Shown here piece after piece: positions 11,698-25,199 of a stretch of DNA of 64,000 nucleotides (position 1 is the stretch's first letter; every line of letters begins with the position of its first letter). Source of the stretch: Lama guanicoe. Its lineage: Eukaryota. Under the pieces are notes generated by a model. That model was not told the DNA's origin, did no database searches, and saw nothing but the letters and a program-made list of their open reading frames with translations. The stretch is from the NCBI GenBank assembly GCA_013239625.1, contig MU053684.1, positions 52,611-116,610 on the forward strand, read 5' to 3'. Both the position numbers and the translations under genes were made by a program.

Positions 11698-14600
11698 GTA
11701 AGTTCATTATCTATTCTCAACTCTGATATTTTACATGGTTTATGGTTATTTTCTCAACTGGTTGTTTCTACTCACAAAATAGTCTTGTGCTTGTAAGGTC
11801 ATTTTAAATGTCCCTATTCTCCAGAATCTTCCAATATTTTAAATAACTATTTTTGGAGAGATTGCAAAAGGGTGCCATAGTCTCTGGCCATCTCCTAGGC
11901 TCTGAAAAAGAATCTCCTTACTGACTCAGCAAAATGTAATAAAAGAAAGATTGGTTTCTGAATTCTGTTAGTTCTTTGCTGGTAATTAAGAACTCTTTTT
12001 TTAGTTATAAGTGAAGGCCTGCTAAATCATATTAATAGGAAAAAGAACTATTTAAGAACAAAATCTTACCTGCTTCCTGTTGCCTTGTAAATAACTTTAC
12101 CTTTGAGGGATAGTAGGTATTGAGCACCTACTATATACTGTGCACTGTGCTGGGCATTTTCAAAAACAGTATCTCTTATTCTTTACTACAGCCCTGCCTG
12201 GTAGCTATTATTATCCCCTTCTTTACAGATCAGGAAACTGGTTCAGACATGCCCAAGTTTAAAGAATTAGTAAACAGAACTGTCAGGATTTAAACCAAGG
12301 ACTTCCTGCCTCTGAAGTACCTACTCTTTCCAAATCAACACACTGCCTCCTATACTGAATCACAAATGATTTTTTTTTTTAGACCTGAAATCTTATCTAT
12401 AAATCAAATGTTTGTAAATACAAATATACATCTACTAGAAAAGCCGTAAAATTAAATACACATAAATCATCCTTTTAAAATAGAAGATGTCTCATTTAAA
12501 TCAGTTTGGCTTTTAACTTTAAAGTTCAGACTTCTCTATATCAGGATTATTTAATTAATGGCTCAGTTCTTCATGGAAATCATATAAAAATAGAATAATA
12601 ATGTTTAAAACTCTGTAAATATTTAATCATAAGAAGCAATACTTATATGTAGTGAGATACATTTCAAGTATCTCAAACATTCACTGACAAACATGAAATA
12701 TGTCTTTATAATCGTATTTAAGCCTCACTGTTTGTTCTCAGTTCACACTTAGGAGTGTGGGTTTGTGAGTGGGGAGAAAACACAAAGTTGAAAGCGAAAA
12801 TTATTTTCTTTTGATTCACAAAATAACAAACAATATGCATTCAGAGCATTCATGATGTGTCTGCGTCCCTCAAATGCCCTCCTCACATGGGGAAGGTGAT
12901 AAGACTGTGTGTGTTTCCTAACCAAAAGGAAGGGGGAGATGGAAAGGGATCGTTTTTAATAAATATATTTTTAATTACCAGAAAAAAACAGTTCAATCTT
13001 TTAAATTTTCTTCTTGTGAAAGATATGTTCTTATTGACAATATTTCAAACATATTGTTTCGTGTTGGTATTTTCAGTAAAAGGAGGTCTAGTTTTAATTT
13101 ATTGTTCAAAGAAAGATTTAAGACAGATCTGCCCATCAAACTTCATCATCCTCTCGAGTTGAGTTTCTTATTTTCTTACCTCCACATTCAGCTAATAAGT
13201 ATATGATCTGTTAAATTAACTCAAAACCTGAGAACTAGAAGGATTCACCTCTAATGCTTAACAGATCTTTTAGAGTCTACATCTGATTGTGCTCTGACAA
13301 GTCACTAGATTAAGAATCTAACAAGATTAATATCCTAATAAAGCACATGGTCTATATTCTACATGATTTTAAGTATCACATGATTAGAATTATTAATGTG
13401 ATAGTCATTTCATGATATCTTTCAACTTTAGTAAAAATTAATCCAATTTAAAAATTTTAATCAGCCTTAAATTTTTAATTTAATACATTACAATGATCAC
13501 CAAGGTCTTTATTAAAACTTTTGACTCTATTATAATTTTGTTGTATAGGCTACTGCCTGTAATAAACAAACTTTCAACCAGGGCTTAAAATTTTTATATT
13601 ATGGAAATTATAAGGCTCAAGGAAAGAAAAGATTTATGTATTATCTAGAAATATGGAAGAATGGAGAGAGGAGCTTAGAATTTGGTGGAATAATACTTGT
13701 GGCTTACTTCTACAATGCAAAGTTGAAATAAGAGTGGATCTCACTTTATGGGATAACTAGTTTTCTAAAAAATAAATCCTAGAAAATCTAATTTGTGTTA
13801 ATTAAGTTTAAAATATAAAATATACAACAAAGATTAAACCAATCAATGGTATGAAGATACTATTAGAAGTGACTAGACTGATTAGTGGTATTTTAGATTA
13901 GAAGCTTCTGTGAAAAAACATGCTCTTTACCATACCACACCCCCAAACAAAATAAGTGTCCACTGATAGTGCTATCAAACATCAAAATATTCTGGACTGT
14001 CTTTCTCAATATAGAAGTGCTTGAGATATGTTACTATTGATTTTTCCAATTAAAAAATTGGAAATGAGTTTATCTAAAATAAAATATAAGTACTCATTTC
14101 TTGTCGAACTGCACTATGGAGGAAAATATACAAAAGGGCTCAGAAAGTACTATTGCAAGGTTCCTAATGTTATTTTTATTTTGGTGTCAAAAGTTTAAAA
14201 TACCAAACAGAAAACACTGAACTACAACATCCCTTTTGATTTATAGTTACCTTCTTACCTAATACAAATGTGTTTCACTTTAACAATTAGTAAATGTCAA
14301 TTTTTCAAACATCAAACTCAAAATGTACCAGAAATCTTTCTCTGTTAAAAAAAAAAAAAGTTAAATTTTAAGCAATGTATCTTTCTCTGATACAATTAAA
14401 CATTTTTCTAAATTATTTGGTTGGAACTAAAAATGCTTTGTTAGATCAGAGACAGTTTTTATCTGTACTATCTCATTTGATAGTAATAATAGTCAATATT
14501 TACTGACTACATACTATATTCCATGCACTGTACTGAGTGCTTTACTTAGATATTATTTAATCTTCCTTATACCTCTATGAAGTAGCTACTACTATTGCTC

Positions 14601-14986
14601 CCATTTTACAGGTAAGAAAGTGAAGTTTGCCCAAGATCAGCCAGCTAGCTAGCTAGGTATGGACCTGGATTTAAACCAGTCTGTCTCTAAAGGCCAGGCT
14701 CCTTAAACATTGTCTAGAATCCTTAAATAACCCTACAAAGTGGGCAGAGCATACTAAATATGAAGAAAATAAGTCTCTGGGGGTTAACTGATTTACCCAA
14801 ATAAACCCAGTTAACAGGGATACTAAACCCAGGTGTTCTGATTTAGCTCTTAAATTCAGTATTCTTTATACTACATTAAATGTTAGGTTTTCTCAAAGAA
14901 AGATATGACTGCTTCGTAGCAAGAATCCACACAATTCTCCTTGGCAACACAAATACTGTTTTTTCTTAATTCAGGGAACTAAATCA

Positions 14987-14988
<2 letters not shown>

Positions 14989-15030
<42 letters not shown>
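14989..15030. repeat. Poly(A) run, 42 nt
   Basis: Direct reading. Confidence 0.95.
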
Positions 15031-15031
<1 letters not shown>

Positions 15032-15149
15032 CAGCAAACAAATTCAAGTTTATTCGATCACATAGAAATTGAGACATAGCAGAGTTAATTTACCTATACA
15101 TGACAAAAGGGACCTGAAATTTTTGCAAAGTGTGTTAACAGGTATCACA

Positions 15150-15410
15150 AGAAGCAGTCTAGGGTATTGGTTAAAACTGAAATGTGGAATCTGACTACTC
15201 AGGTTCAAGTCCCAGCCCCACCACCTACTAACTTCACTAACTTCATGAACATTCATTTAAACATTTTGTGTCTCAATTTTTTCATCTGTAAAATGGGGAT
15301 AATAATAGTACCTACCTATGGTTGTTGTGAGAATTATATGAGGTAATACATATAATGTGCTCAGAACAGTTAAATGCCTGGTGTATGGTAAGCATTTAGT
15401 AACTGCCAGC
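15150..15410 (+). mobile_element. MIR SINE (other MIR remnants near 1550-1750, 12110-12350, 14490-14710, 48040-48200)
   Basis: MIR core catctgtaaaatggggataataatagtacctacc...ttgtgagaatta. Confidence 0.75.
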
Positions 15411-15867
15411 TAGTACTAGTACTACTTTTGCATAATGAGATATGCTTTTATTCAATATGGAAAGCACATTTTGAGTTTTCTTTTTCTATTTTAAAAAACA
15501 ATTACTGCTTCTTTCCATAATTTTTCTAAAATTAAATTCTGTTTCCTTTCAGAGTATACCCTCCTTTAGCTATTAAGCATTATTCACTAGCCATAATATA
15601 CTGAACAAATATCAGTTCATTTATAGCATATTTTACCTTTTATTTTATTAATCTTCCAATTTATTGAAAAGAGTCTGGAATGTTATCAGTACTTATATAA
15701 TTTTATGTGTATAGTTCCACCACTTTGTATTTTCAGGAATATTTCAAGTTATCTCCCATTTGTCAGTTTTAAGACAAAAAGAAAGAGAGAAACCAATATC
15801 AGGAAAAAAGTAGGAATAAAGAGAAAATACTTGATATCTGAATCGTGCACTTTTGTTGTGTGCTCAG

Positions 15868-16838
15868 TTATATTTCCAGGTTACATGGATGGAGAACTTG
15901 CAAAAAAATCAGATTCCAAAGACCAGATTCTAAAAAGTAGAGGCACTACAAAGTTTCAGAGTAGCCAAGAAAACAAGGGAGCACTAAAGAAGGAAATTTT
16001 ATTCACAAATTCTGATAAAAGCTTGACATCAATGCACAAAAGAGAGTCAAAAAGGAAAGCAAAAGACATTGAGTTGGAGAAAGGTGAAATAGGAATGGAG
16101 GTCAAGGTAAAGGACAGTGATGCCACAATAATGAAAAGACAAGAATCCCAAGTAAAAGTGAGTGACATGAGAATGACAAAAGAACTGGAAGCCCAAGAAG
16201 AGAAAAGTGAGGCTGAAATACCACAAGGGCAGGAACCCCAAGCAGAGAAGAGTGAGACTGAAATACCACAAGGGCAGGAAGCCCAAGCAGAGAAGAGTGA
16301 GGCTGAAATACCACAAGGGCAGGAACCCCAAGCAGAGAAGAGTGAGGCTGAAATACCACAAGGGCAGGAAGCCCAAGTAGAGAAGAGTGAGACTGGAATA
16401 CCAAAAGAACAGGGATCCCAAGTAGAGAAGAGTGAGACTAGAATACCAAAAGGACAGGGATCCAAAGTAAAGAAGAGTGAGACTAGAATACCAAAAGGAC
16501 AGGGATCCAAAGTAAAGAAGAGTGAGACTAGAATACCAAAAGGACAGGGATCCAAAGTAAAGAAGAGTGAGACTAGAATACCAAAAGGACAGGGATCCAA
16601 AGTAAAGAAGAGTGAGACTGGAATACCAAAAGGACAGGAAACCCAAGAAAAGAGGGAGAGTTCTGAGGATAAAGAAGAGCAGGACAATAAAAAGAGAGAT
16701 GCAGGAAAGAATAAAGATACAGAAGAAAATGATGTTGAAAACAAGAAAGATGATGGAGGAAAGAACAAAGTTAAAGGAAAGAATGAATCAAAAAAGGGTA
16801 AAAAAGCAGAAGTTTCACTAAGGCGCAAGGGCAAGTAA
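15868..16838 (+). CDS. TSBP1: TSBP1 (C6orf10, testis-expressed basic protein 1) terminal coding exon
   Basis: Acceptor tgtgtgctcag| then (G)TT ATA TTT CCA GGT TAC ATG GAT = VIFPGYMDGELAKKS...KQILKSRGT...LEKGEIGMEVKV, KSE-x-x-IP-x-GQ repeats and a K/E/D-rich tail, as recalled for human TSBP1. Part of ORF 15705-16838, whose 5' portion is intronic. Confidence 0.92.
16200..16649 (+). repeat. Coding 45-bp (15-aa) tandem repeat, 10 core units plus 2 degenerate units upstream
   Basis: EKSEAEIPQGQEPQA-type units grade into KKSETRIPKGQGSKV-type units. Confidence 0.95.
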
Positions 16839-16884
16839 AACCTCCCTTACTTGTAAAGTATAACAAAAAGGAAGAGTAAGGATA

Positions 16885-16890
16885 AATAAA
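16885..16890 (+). terminator. Candidate polyadenylation signal of TSBP1 (second AATAAA at 17133-17138)
   Basis: AATAAA 47 nt after the stop codon; which signal is used cannot be told from sequence. Confidence 0.5.
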
Positions 16891-19800
16891 AGGAAGGCGC
16901 ATAAGACAACTGATTATTGTGATTTCCATCTTCCAAATATAAGTTATATCCTAGTCACCACCTAACTGGACCATAATTGTAGAATCCCTTTAATCTATGC
17001 ATCTGCAGAGATTTCTACTCTTTGGAAGTTTCACCATTTTTAGACCTCTCAGCCACCACAAACCTCAGCTTTCAATTGTTTTATAAGTTGATACTTATAT
17101 TATTTAGTCAAGAAAGACTGCATACTTTCTGAAATAAAACATTTTGATTAAAAAATTCTAATAATTTCCTTTGAGAAGTATTTTATCTTTATAATAGTCC
17201 AACCAATCAACCGACCAATAACTCCTCCTGATGGGCCTAATATTTGCAAGGCACTGTCCTAGCAATAAGGGGTACACAGAGAAGTATGAGTCCCTATAAT
17301 CAATAGCTTACAACACATATAGTGATATAATATGTATATATATGACAATTTTTTAAGTAAAATCTAAGCATCAAGATGTAGTCTAGATGAACAATAAAAT
17401 ACAAGTTAGCAACCTCTTGGGATGAGAAGGTAAAGAGGATACGTTCATGGGGAAGGGACTGGTGGTATATGATGTGTCTCAAAAGATAGATAAGATGTCA
17501 ATGTTCTGAGTGAAGTGGAAGAGTAGGGAAAAAACAAAGGGATTAAAGACTGCCATGTCATTTTCTAGCAGAAGTAGGTAATATTGTTGCAGTAGACTCG
17601 TGAGAAGCATTTGGTGATATAATTTTGAAAAGGAGCGTGAGAAGGAGATGCTAAAGGGATGTTAAAAACAAACCAGGAATTTATATTTTACTCATCAGGC
17701 AACTGGAAGACTTCTTGGGTGTTTGAGGAGAATGAAGTGAATAAGGTTGCTTTTTTTTTTTAAGTTAATCTTGTGGTTGTGCCAAATAAATTGAAGAAGA
17801 GAAATATCATAAGTCGTAAATCTAGTTAAGAGGTACTTGGGATAGTAAGTGATGGAAAGAGAATAAATAAAAGAGACAGATATTATTATTTTTTTCAAAA
17901 AAGAATCACTATTTCCTAATGATCGACTACATATGAGAAAGGAAAAGGAAAAATAAAATAATTGACTCCATAACTATTGAAACGTGGTGACAATAACAAA
18001 CTGGGAGCTAATCTGTGGGACAGAAAGAGAATAACAAACTAATGAGTTTAAAGGGACAAACAATAACACTTGTCATTTGAGGGGTCTGGAGTCAGTCCAA
18101 TAGAGGTCACAACTGAAGCTGTAAGAGTAAATGACCTCCCAAGAAGAGAAAGCACAGAGCTAGCAAAAGCAGAGGCCTAAGAACTGAGCCTGCTACATGA
18201 AACAGATTAAAGAAGAAAATAAAGCTGTGGGAAGATATAAGGAGAATCTGTATAATATTATGATAATTAAGGAAGATGAGAATTTCAAAAAGAAAGGATG
18301 ATTATCGCTAAGTCAGCCACCCATTTGTGACACGCATCATGGGTGTGACACACATTTTGGTCCCATATGTGTTCTGCACTACATGTACAGAGAAAAGGCA
18401 AGGTTATTCAACAGGTCATGTGAAAATGACAGCAACTGACCAGGTCCTGTTCCTAAACAGAACAAAAATGTGTTGGCTCCAGGTATCTACCTTCCCTGAG
18501 CCCTTTTGTTCAATGTAACTTTTAACCACATCTTTAATTAGAAAGTCTGATGTAGCAGAGAGAGAGGCTATCAGGTCAATTTATATGTCAGGATTCAGAT
18601 CTGGTGGTCCTTTCACACCTCTTGTAATCTATCCCAAGTATGTTAACCTATCCCCAACTCTTTCCCCTTTCTTCTTGCTGTGTGTTTTCCTTTGGTTCAG
18701 TAAATCATTTGGTTCAAGCACCTTAAGAAAAAGAATGATTAAAGGATAGCTGAGACTTCAAGGAGAATAAGAACTGAAAGAAACCATTGTAGTTGCTGTT
18801 TTGGAGATGGCTGATGCACTTGTAAAAAAGCCCTTTCCAAAAAGAGGCAGCTAGGAGAAGAAATTTAAGCAGGCAAAATATAGAGACACAAATAAGTAGC
18901 TGCAATGTATGGCTTATAATAAAATCAATTTTAGTCTAATTTAAAAGCATAGTTTTTAAGAACTTTATTTTCATACTGCTATATTCTGTGCTAGTTAGCT
19001 CATACTTTGAATATTACATTCAGTTCTGTTACGGGATATGGATAAACTAGAATGCCTTCAGAAGAGAAAGACTATGATGGTAAGGGGACTCAATTTCAAG
19101 TGAGCAGAAAATTCCTCAGTTTCACCTGGGGGTGGTGGGAGGGACACAAAGGAGACAATGAGAATTATTTTCAAATATATGAAGGTTCATCATGGATTAG
19201 AATATTTTGTATAGCCCCAAGGAAATAAGACCAGTGAATAGAGGTTCAAAGTAACAGATGTTTATATCAGCTATAAAAGGAAGTGGGATGCCTTAAAAAT
19301 TTTGAGCAAGAGTTGAAGCGTGCATGATCATTCAGTGGGAATGCTGCAGAGGAGATTCTAAGGAACCAGCTGAGTAGCTGGAATAGATTTTTTTATGGCT
19401 TCTTCCAAATATGAGTCTGTAATTCTAAATGTAAAATCCTTCTGGATTAACTGGATGTCTTCCAAGGAACCTTTTCAAACTAATCTAATATGCTAGGATT
19501 CTTTAAAGAGGTTTGACTGAAAAGAGAGAGACAGAGAAACTATACTTTAGTCCTTGCCCGAAGTATAAAATGTTTCACAAATGATTGATGTGATTAACCA
19601 CAAGCTGAAGACAGCAGCTCCACAGCTTCTAGTACAATTTAAAGCACTGCGTGGATCCCTATCGTGTGCTCAGAGCCCTGCAACTGCTGTAGAAACCTAA
19701 ATTACTTTTAGAAATCACAGAATTCTAAGATCTTTGATAAACCACATGGATTTATTAGCAAGCCTGAATTGAAAACAGAAGGAGAGAAGGTGGAAGGACA

Positions 19801-20267
19801 AATATGGAACATGAAATTTTTATATTGTAAGTTAAATATATGTCTCTGGAATATACACATTTAGAGATTTTTACCAGTTTTAGTTGACATCACTTGCATA
19901 TATTATGCTTATTATCAGGGAAAAATATGACCAGAAGGCTTTTCATATAGTTTAAAATATTTAGGTTTTCATGATCCTTATGTCATTTTTCTATAGTTCT
20001 CTCTCATCCATCTGGCAGCTAGCTGGTAGGACTTAGAAGGCTCTGACTAATGCATCTTCTCTAGGACTTCTGCTAAGAAACACGGACCCTGCCAGGGAAA
20101 CTACTGGAAAAACAGTAGACAGACTTTAGCAATCCATTGAACTGGCTCCATATCTAAGAGTATATCTCTCCAAACCAAGGAATTCAGAAAGGATGGATCC
20201 ATAAAAACTTCCCTGTATCTTCTCCATAACTTCTAACTTGCAGTCAAAATATCTTCATTTCCACTAG

Positions 20268-20282
20268 GTTTCTTTGAAGCAA
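20268..20282 (+). CDS. Candidate 15-nt micro-exon (x-FFEA) downstream of the TSBP1 stop
   Basis: atcttcatttccactag|GTTTCTTTGAAGCAA|gtaagt; phase 1-1, open. Confidence 0.4.
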
Positions 20283-21240
20283 GTAAGTCATATAATAAAT
20301 AGGAAACTCTAACTATGAAAACTTTGTAAACTATTCTCTAAAGGCCACCAAAAAGCAGGCCAGTTAAAAACAATTGTTAATCCTCCCTTAAGTATACAGG
20401 AATGGAAATCTTAAAGGACCTCAGAAAAACGAAGGGGAAAAGGATGAGCTATCAAAATGCCACCATGCTTAGCAAAATGATGCAAATATTAGTAAAATGA
20501 ACATATGTACTCTCAAGACAGTTTAGATATAAAGGTAGAAATGTAGGGCTTAACAGAAAATCAGTAGTGGTAAATTTTATTTTACAAATAAGCTAACACA
20601 AATGTCAAGTACCCAGTTCACAAGAACAAGCAGAAACATACATCCAAACTTCAAGCTGGCTGCTAACAGTAGATCTTAAAAGTTCTCATCAAAGGAAATA
20701 AGAAAATTTGAAACTATGTGAGGTGATAGCAATCAATTCATTATGTGTGTGTATATATATATATACACACACACATACACACACATATATAGTAAATCTT
20801 AACATACACAATGTTATACATCAATTATATCTCAGTAAAACTGGGAGTGAAATCAAGTATCACACCTTAAATATATATAATTTTTATCTGTCAATTATAC
20901 CTCAGTAAAGATGGGAAGAAAAAAATAAGTGGAAGGCTTACCACTAGACATTTTATGTTTAGGAGGAAAGCATAAGTAAAGAAAAGCAGGAAAGTGACTT
21001 TTGAAATAACAAAGCTGAATAAGAAATGCAAAGATACTTGGAAATAAATGATTTATGTAAAATTAGTGTGATTCTTATCTCAATTAAAGATTTCCTGGGT
21101 TGGAACTGCATTAAAAATATAATTTCCCATTATTTCCAAATATCTCTCACCCCAGATAATAACTGACATATCTAGGAAGTAAATATAGGGAGCTAGTGAA
21201 AGGGGAAAAATATAGAATTTTAAAACAGGATTGAAGGGAT

Positions 21241-24200
21241 AAAAGGATAAACTGAAAAATTGATCTGAATATTTAGTTTTATATTTGATTAAATTCTGTT
21301 ACTCTCCCCTTTTAAAGCAATTAAGAACAGGAAAAACAACCACTGTCCTCCTCTACCTGGGAGGTTCCAATTAGATTTTAAAGAAATAGAAGCATATTTT
21401 TCTAGTGTTTAAGGAATAAAGATACCCTTATCCATCATCATCCAGAAGCCTGAGCATCTGCCATGACTGAGAAATCAAACCACACTCCAGATTATACACA
21501 TTGTAATCCAAGTCTCAAAAATATTTTATTTAAATTTTTATTAAATTTATCTTTAAAAATTAAAAACTCATAATGTTATCAGTGTTAACTTCCTATGAAT
21601 CTCTCCATATCTTAATTCATGCTCATATAAAATATGCAAATAAAGTCAAACTATATGCATTCTTCTGCAACTTGATTAATCTTCACCTAAAATTGTCATG
21701 TACATCACTCCAGGTAAATATATATCTCTCTAAACAATTATTGTCATAGTGTAGCATCCAACACTGTGGATGAATTACTGCTTATTCATTTCCTTAAATC
21801 TGGACATTTGACTTGTTTCTAGCTTTTTGCCATTGGCCAAATGGTGCTGCAATTGACAAATGGTGCTGTAATAAACATTTTGGACATGATGAGGATTTTA
21901 CTTCTCTAGGCTAGATTTCCAAACGTGGAGTTGCCAGGTCAAAGAAAACACGTATTTTTTATGTTAATAGATATTACCTGACCATTTTCCCCACAATTTG
22001 TAATAATTCAGGAATGTGTAAGAGTTCTGTTTTCCCCAAACTCTCTCGCTGGTGCTGCAAACAGTAGCTATCTTTCAATTTTGTCTATCTAATGAGAAAA
22101 GTGGTATCCAATTGTTGCTTTAATGCATTTTCCAGACCGCTAGTGATACTAAGCATTTTTCACAGGCTTAGTGATCTTTTGTACTTCCTCCTTTGCAAAT
22201 TACTCATTTTTCAAATTGGTGGTTTGTTCTTTTCTTATTCAATTTATAGGTATTTATTGTCAGTTAATGTCTTATCTTCCATTTGTGTTGAAAAAATATT
22301 TTCCCAATCTACTTGTTCTTTCTCTATTCATTCAAACTGTCCCTTAAAATTGTATCCCAAATCTGACTAGTTCTCACTTCTTTCAACAAGTAATCCAAGC
22401 CTTCACCATATCTCACTTGTACTGCTGTGACAGCCTCCAAATTGAGTTTCTTGAGCACACTCCCCACTCCCAGCGTATTTGCTTTACTGTGGTCAGATTT
22501 ATACTTTTTTTTTTTTTACCTATATTCCTAGGAGGAAAATTCAACTTTGCCTTATATTGACTTCAGTAAGCATATGCCTTAGCACTGACATATATTTAAT
22601 TTTAAATCTACTTAAAAACCAATAGTTCACACATGTCTGTGATTGCTTTTTACTTTCTCATTTTTCTTTGTTTTTGAAATGTGCACATAGCTAGCATTAT
22701 TTTCCTATTGATAAATTATTTTCCTCCATCTTTTTTATCTTCCTCAACCCCTTTTCACTTTGTTACATGTAATGTCAGCTTGGAATCAGTAGATATCAAC
22801 ATGAAAAACAGTAGAACAAAATAATAAAAAGAAAATCTCATGAATGTTCAACTGCTATGAGGGCAAAATCAATGATACAATTAACTTTATCTTTATTGTT
22901 ATAGACTGGAATTACAATGTTCTGTGGTAAACTGCAAATAATATGAGAATTTCAGTGTAAAAGGGAGACTACCACAAACAGTTCTTTCATAAATCCTAAT
23001 CTGCCTATGGGTAACTTCTTTTAGAAGCTTAATTTTGCCATTCCAGGAGTAATTTTTTGTATAATGCATGTGTTCTTTATAGCCATTACTGTTGTTACAT
23101 AACACACACACACATATTTNNNNNNNNNNNNNNNNNNNNNNNNNNNNNNNNNNNNNNNNNNNNNNNNNNNNNNNNNNNNNNNNNNNNNNNNNNNNNNNNN
23201 NNNNNNNNNNNNNNNNNNNNNNNNNNNNNNNNNNNNNNNNNNNNNNNNNNNNNNNNNNNNNNNNNNNNNNNAAAGGATAAACTGAAAAATTGATCTGAAT
23301 ATTTTGTTTTATATTTGATTAAATTCTGTTACTCTCCCCTTTTAAAGCAATTAAGAGCAGGAAAAACAACCACTGTCCTCCTCTACCTGGGAGGTTCCAA
23401 TTAGATTTTAAAGAAATAGAAGCATATTTTTCTAGTGTTTAAGGAATAAAGATACCCTTATCCATCATCATCCAGAAGCCTGAGCATCTGCCATGACTGA
23501 GAAATCAAACCACACTCCAGATTATACACATTGTAATCCAAGTCTCAAAAATATTTTATTTAATTTTTATTAAATTTATCTTTAAAAATTAAAAACTCAT
23601 AATGTTATCAGTGTTAACTTCCTATGAATCTCTCCATATCTTAATTCATGCTCATATAAAATATGCAAATAAAGTCAAACTATATGCATTCTTCTGCAAC
23701 TTGATTAATCTTCACCTAAAATTGTCATGTACATCACTCCAGGTAAATATATATCTCTCTAAACAATTATTGTCATAGTGTAGCATCCAACATTGTGGAT
23801 GAATTACTGCTTATTCATTTCCTTAAATCTGGACATTTGACTTGTTTCTAGCTTTTTGCCATTGGCCAAATGGTGCTGCAATTGCCAAATGGTGCTGTAA
23901 TAAACATTTTGGACATGATGAGGATTTTACTTCTCTAGGCTAGATTTCCAAACGTGGAGTTGCCAGGTCAAAGAAAACACGTATTTTTTATGTTAATAGA
24001 TATTACCTGACCATTTTCCCCACAATTTGTAATAATTCAGGAATGTGTAAGAGTTCTGTTTTCCCCAAACTCTCTCGCTGGTGCTGCAAACAGTAGCTAT
24101 CTTTCAATTTTGTCTATCTAATGAGAAAAGTGGTATCCAATTGTTGCTTTAATGCATTTTCCAGACCACTAGTGATACTAAGCATTTTTCACAGGCTTAG

Positions 24201-25138
24201 TGATCTTTTGTACTTCCTCCTTTGCAAATTACTCATTTTTCAAATTGGTGGTTTGTTCTTTTCTTATTCAATTTATAGGTATTTATTGTCAATTAATGTC
24301 TTATCTTCCATTTGTGTTGAAAAAATGTTTTCCCAATCTACTTGTTCTTTCTCTATTCATTCAAATTGTCCCTTAACTTAANNNNNNNNNNNNNNNNNNN
24401 NNNNNNNNNNNNNNNAACAAGTAATCCTTCACCATATCTCACTTGTACTGCTGTGACAGCCTCCAAATTGAGTTTCTTGAGCACACTCCCCACTCCCAGC
24501 GTATTTGCTTTACTGTGGTCAGATTTATACTTTTTTTTTTTTTACCTATATTCCTAGGAGGAAAATTCAACTTTGCCTTATATTGACTTCAGTAAGCATA
24601 TGCCTTAGCACTGACATATATTTAATTTTAAATCTACTTAAAAACCAATAGTTCACACATGTCTGTGATTGCTTTTTACTTTCTCATTTTTCTTTGTTTT
24701 TGAAATGTGCACATAGCTAGCATTATTTTCCTATTGATAAATTATTTTCCTCCATCTTTTTTATCTTCCTCAACCCCTTTTCACTTTGTTACATGTAATG
24801 TCAGCTTGGAGTCAGTAGATATCAACATGAAAAACAGTAGAACAAAATAATAAAAAGAAAATCTCATGAATGTTCAACTGCTATGAGGGCAAAATCAATG
24901 ATACAATTAACTTTATCTTTATTGTTATAGACTGGAATTACAATGTTCTGTGGTAAACTGCAAATAATATGAGAATTTCAGTGTAAAAGGGAGACTACCA
25001 CAAACAGTTCTTTCATAAATCCTAATCTGCCTATGGGTAACTTCTTTTAGAAGCTTAATTTTGCCATTCCAGGAGTAATTTTTTGTATAATGCATGTGTT
25101 CTTTATAGCCATTACTGTTGTTACATAACACACACACA
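21241..25138. repeat. ~1.9-kb near-identical duplication flanking an N gap (21241-23119 and 23272-25138); probable assembly artefact
   Basis: About ten differences between copies; N runs at 23120-23271 and 24382-24415. Confidence 0.85.
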
Positions 25139-25199
25139 ATTATGATGTGAAATAAACTTTGTTTTCCATCTTTGCTTCATTCAGTTTTAATAACTTGTC

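Noticed and set aside
15705..15867. N-terminal part of the 377-aa ORF
   Set aside because: Lies upstream of the acceptor at 15867; homology to TSBP1 begins at VIFPGYMD
16200..16649. CRISPR-like array
   Set aside because: Mammalian coding tandem repeat with no unique spacers
15956..16834. Minus-strand ORFs of 292, 199 and 100 aa
   Set aside because: Antisense shadows of the purine-rich, repetitive TSBP1 terminal exon
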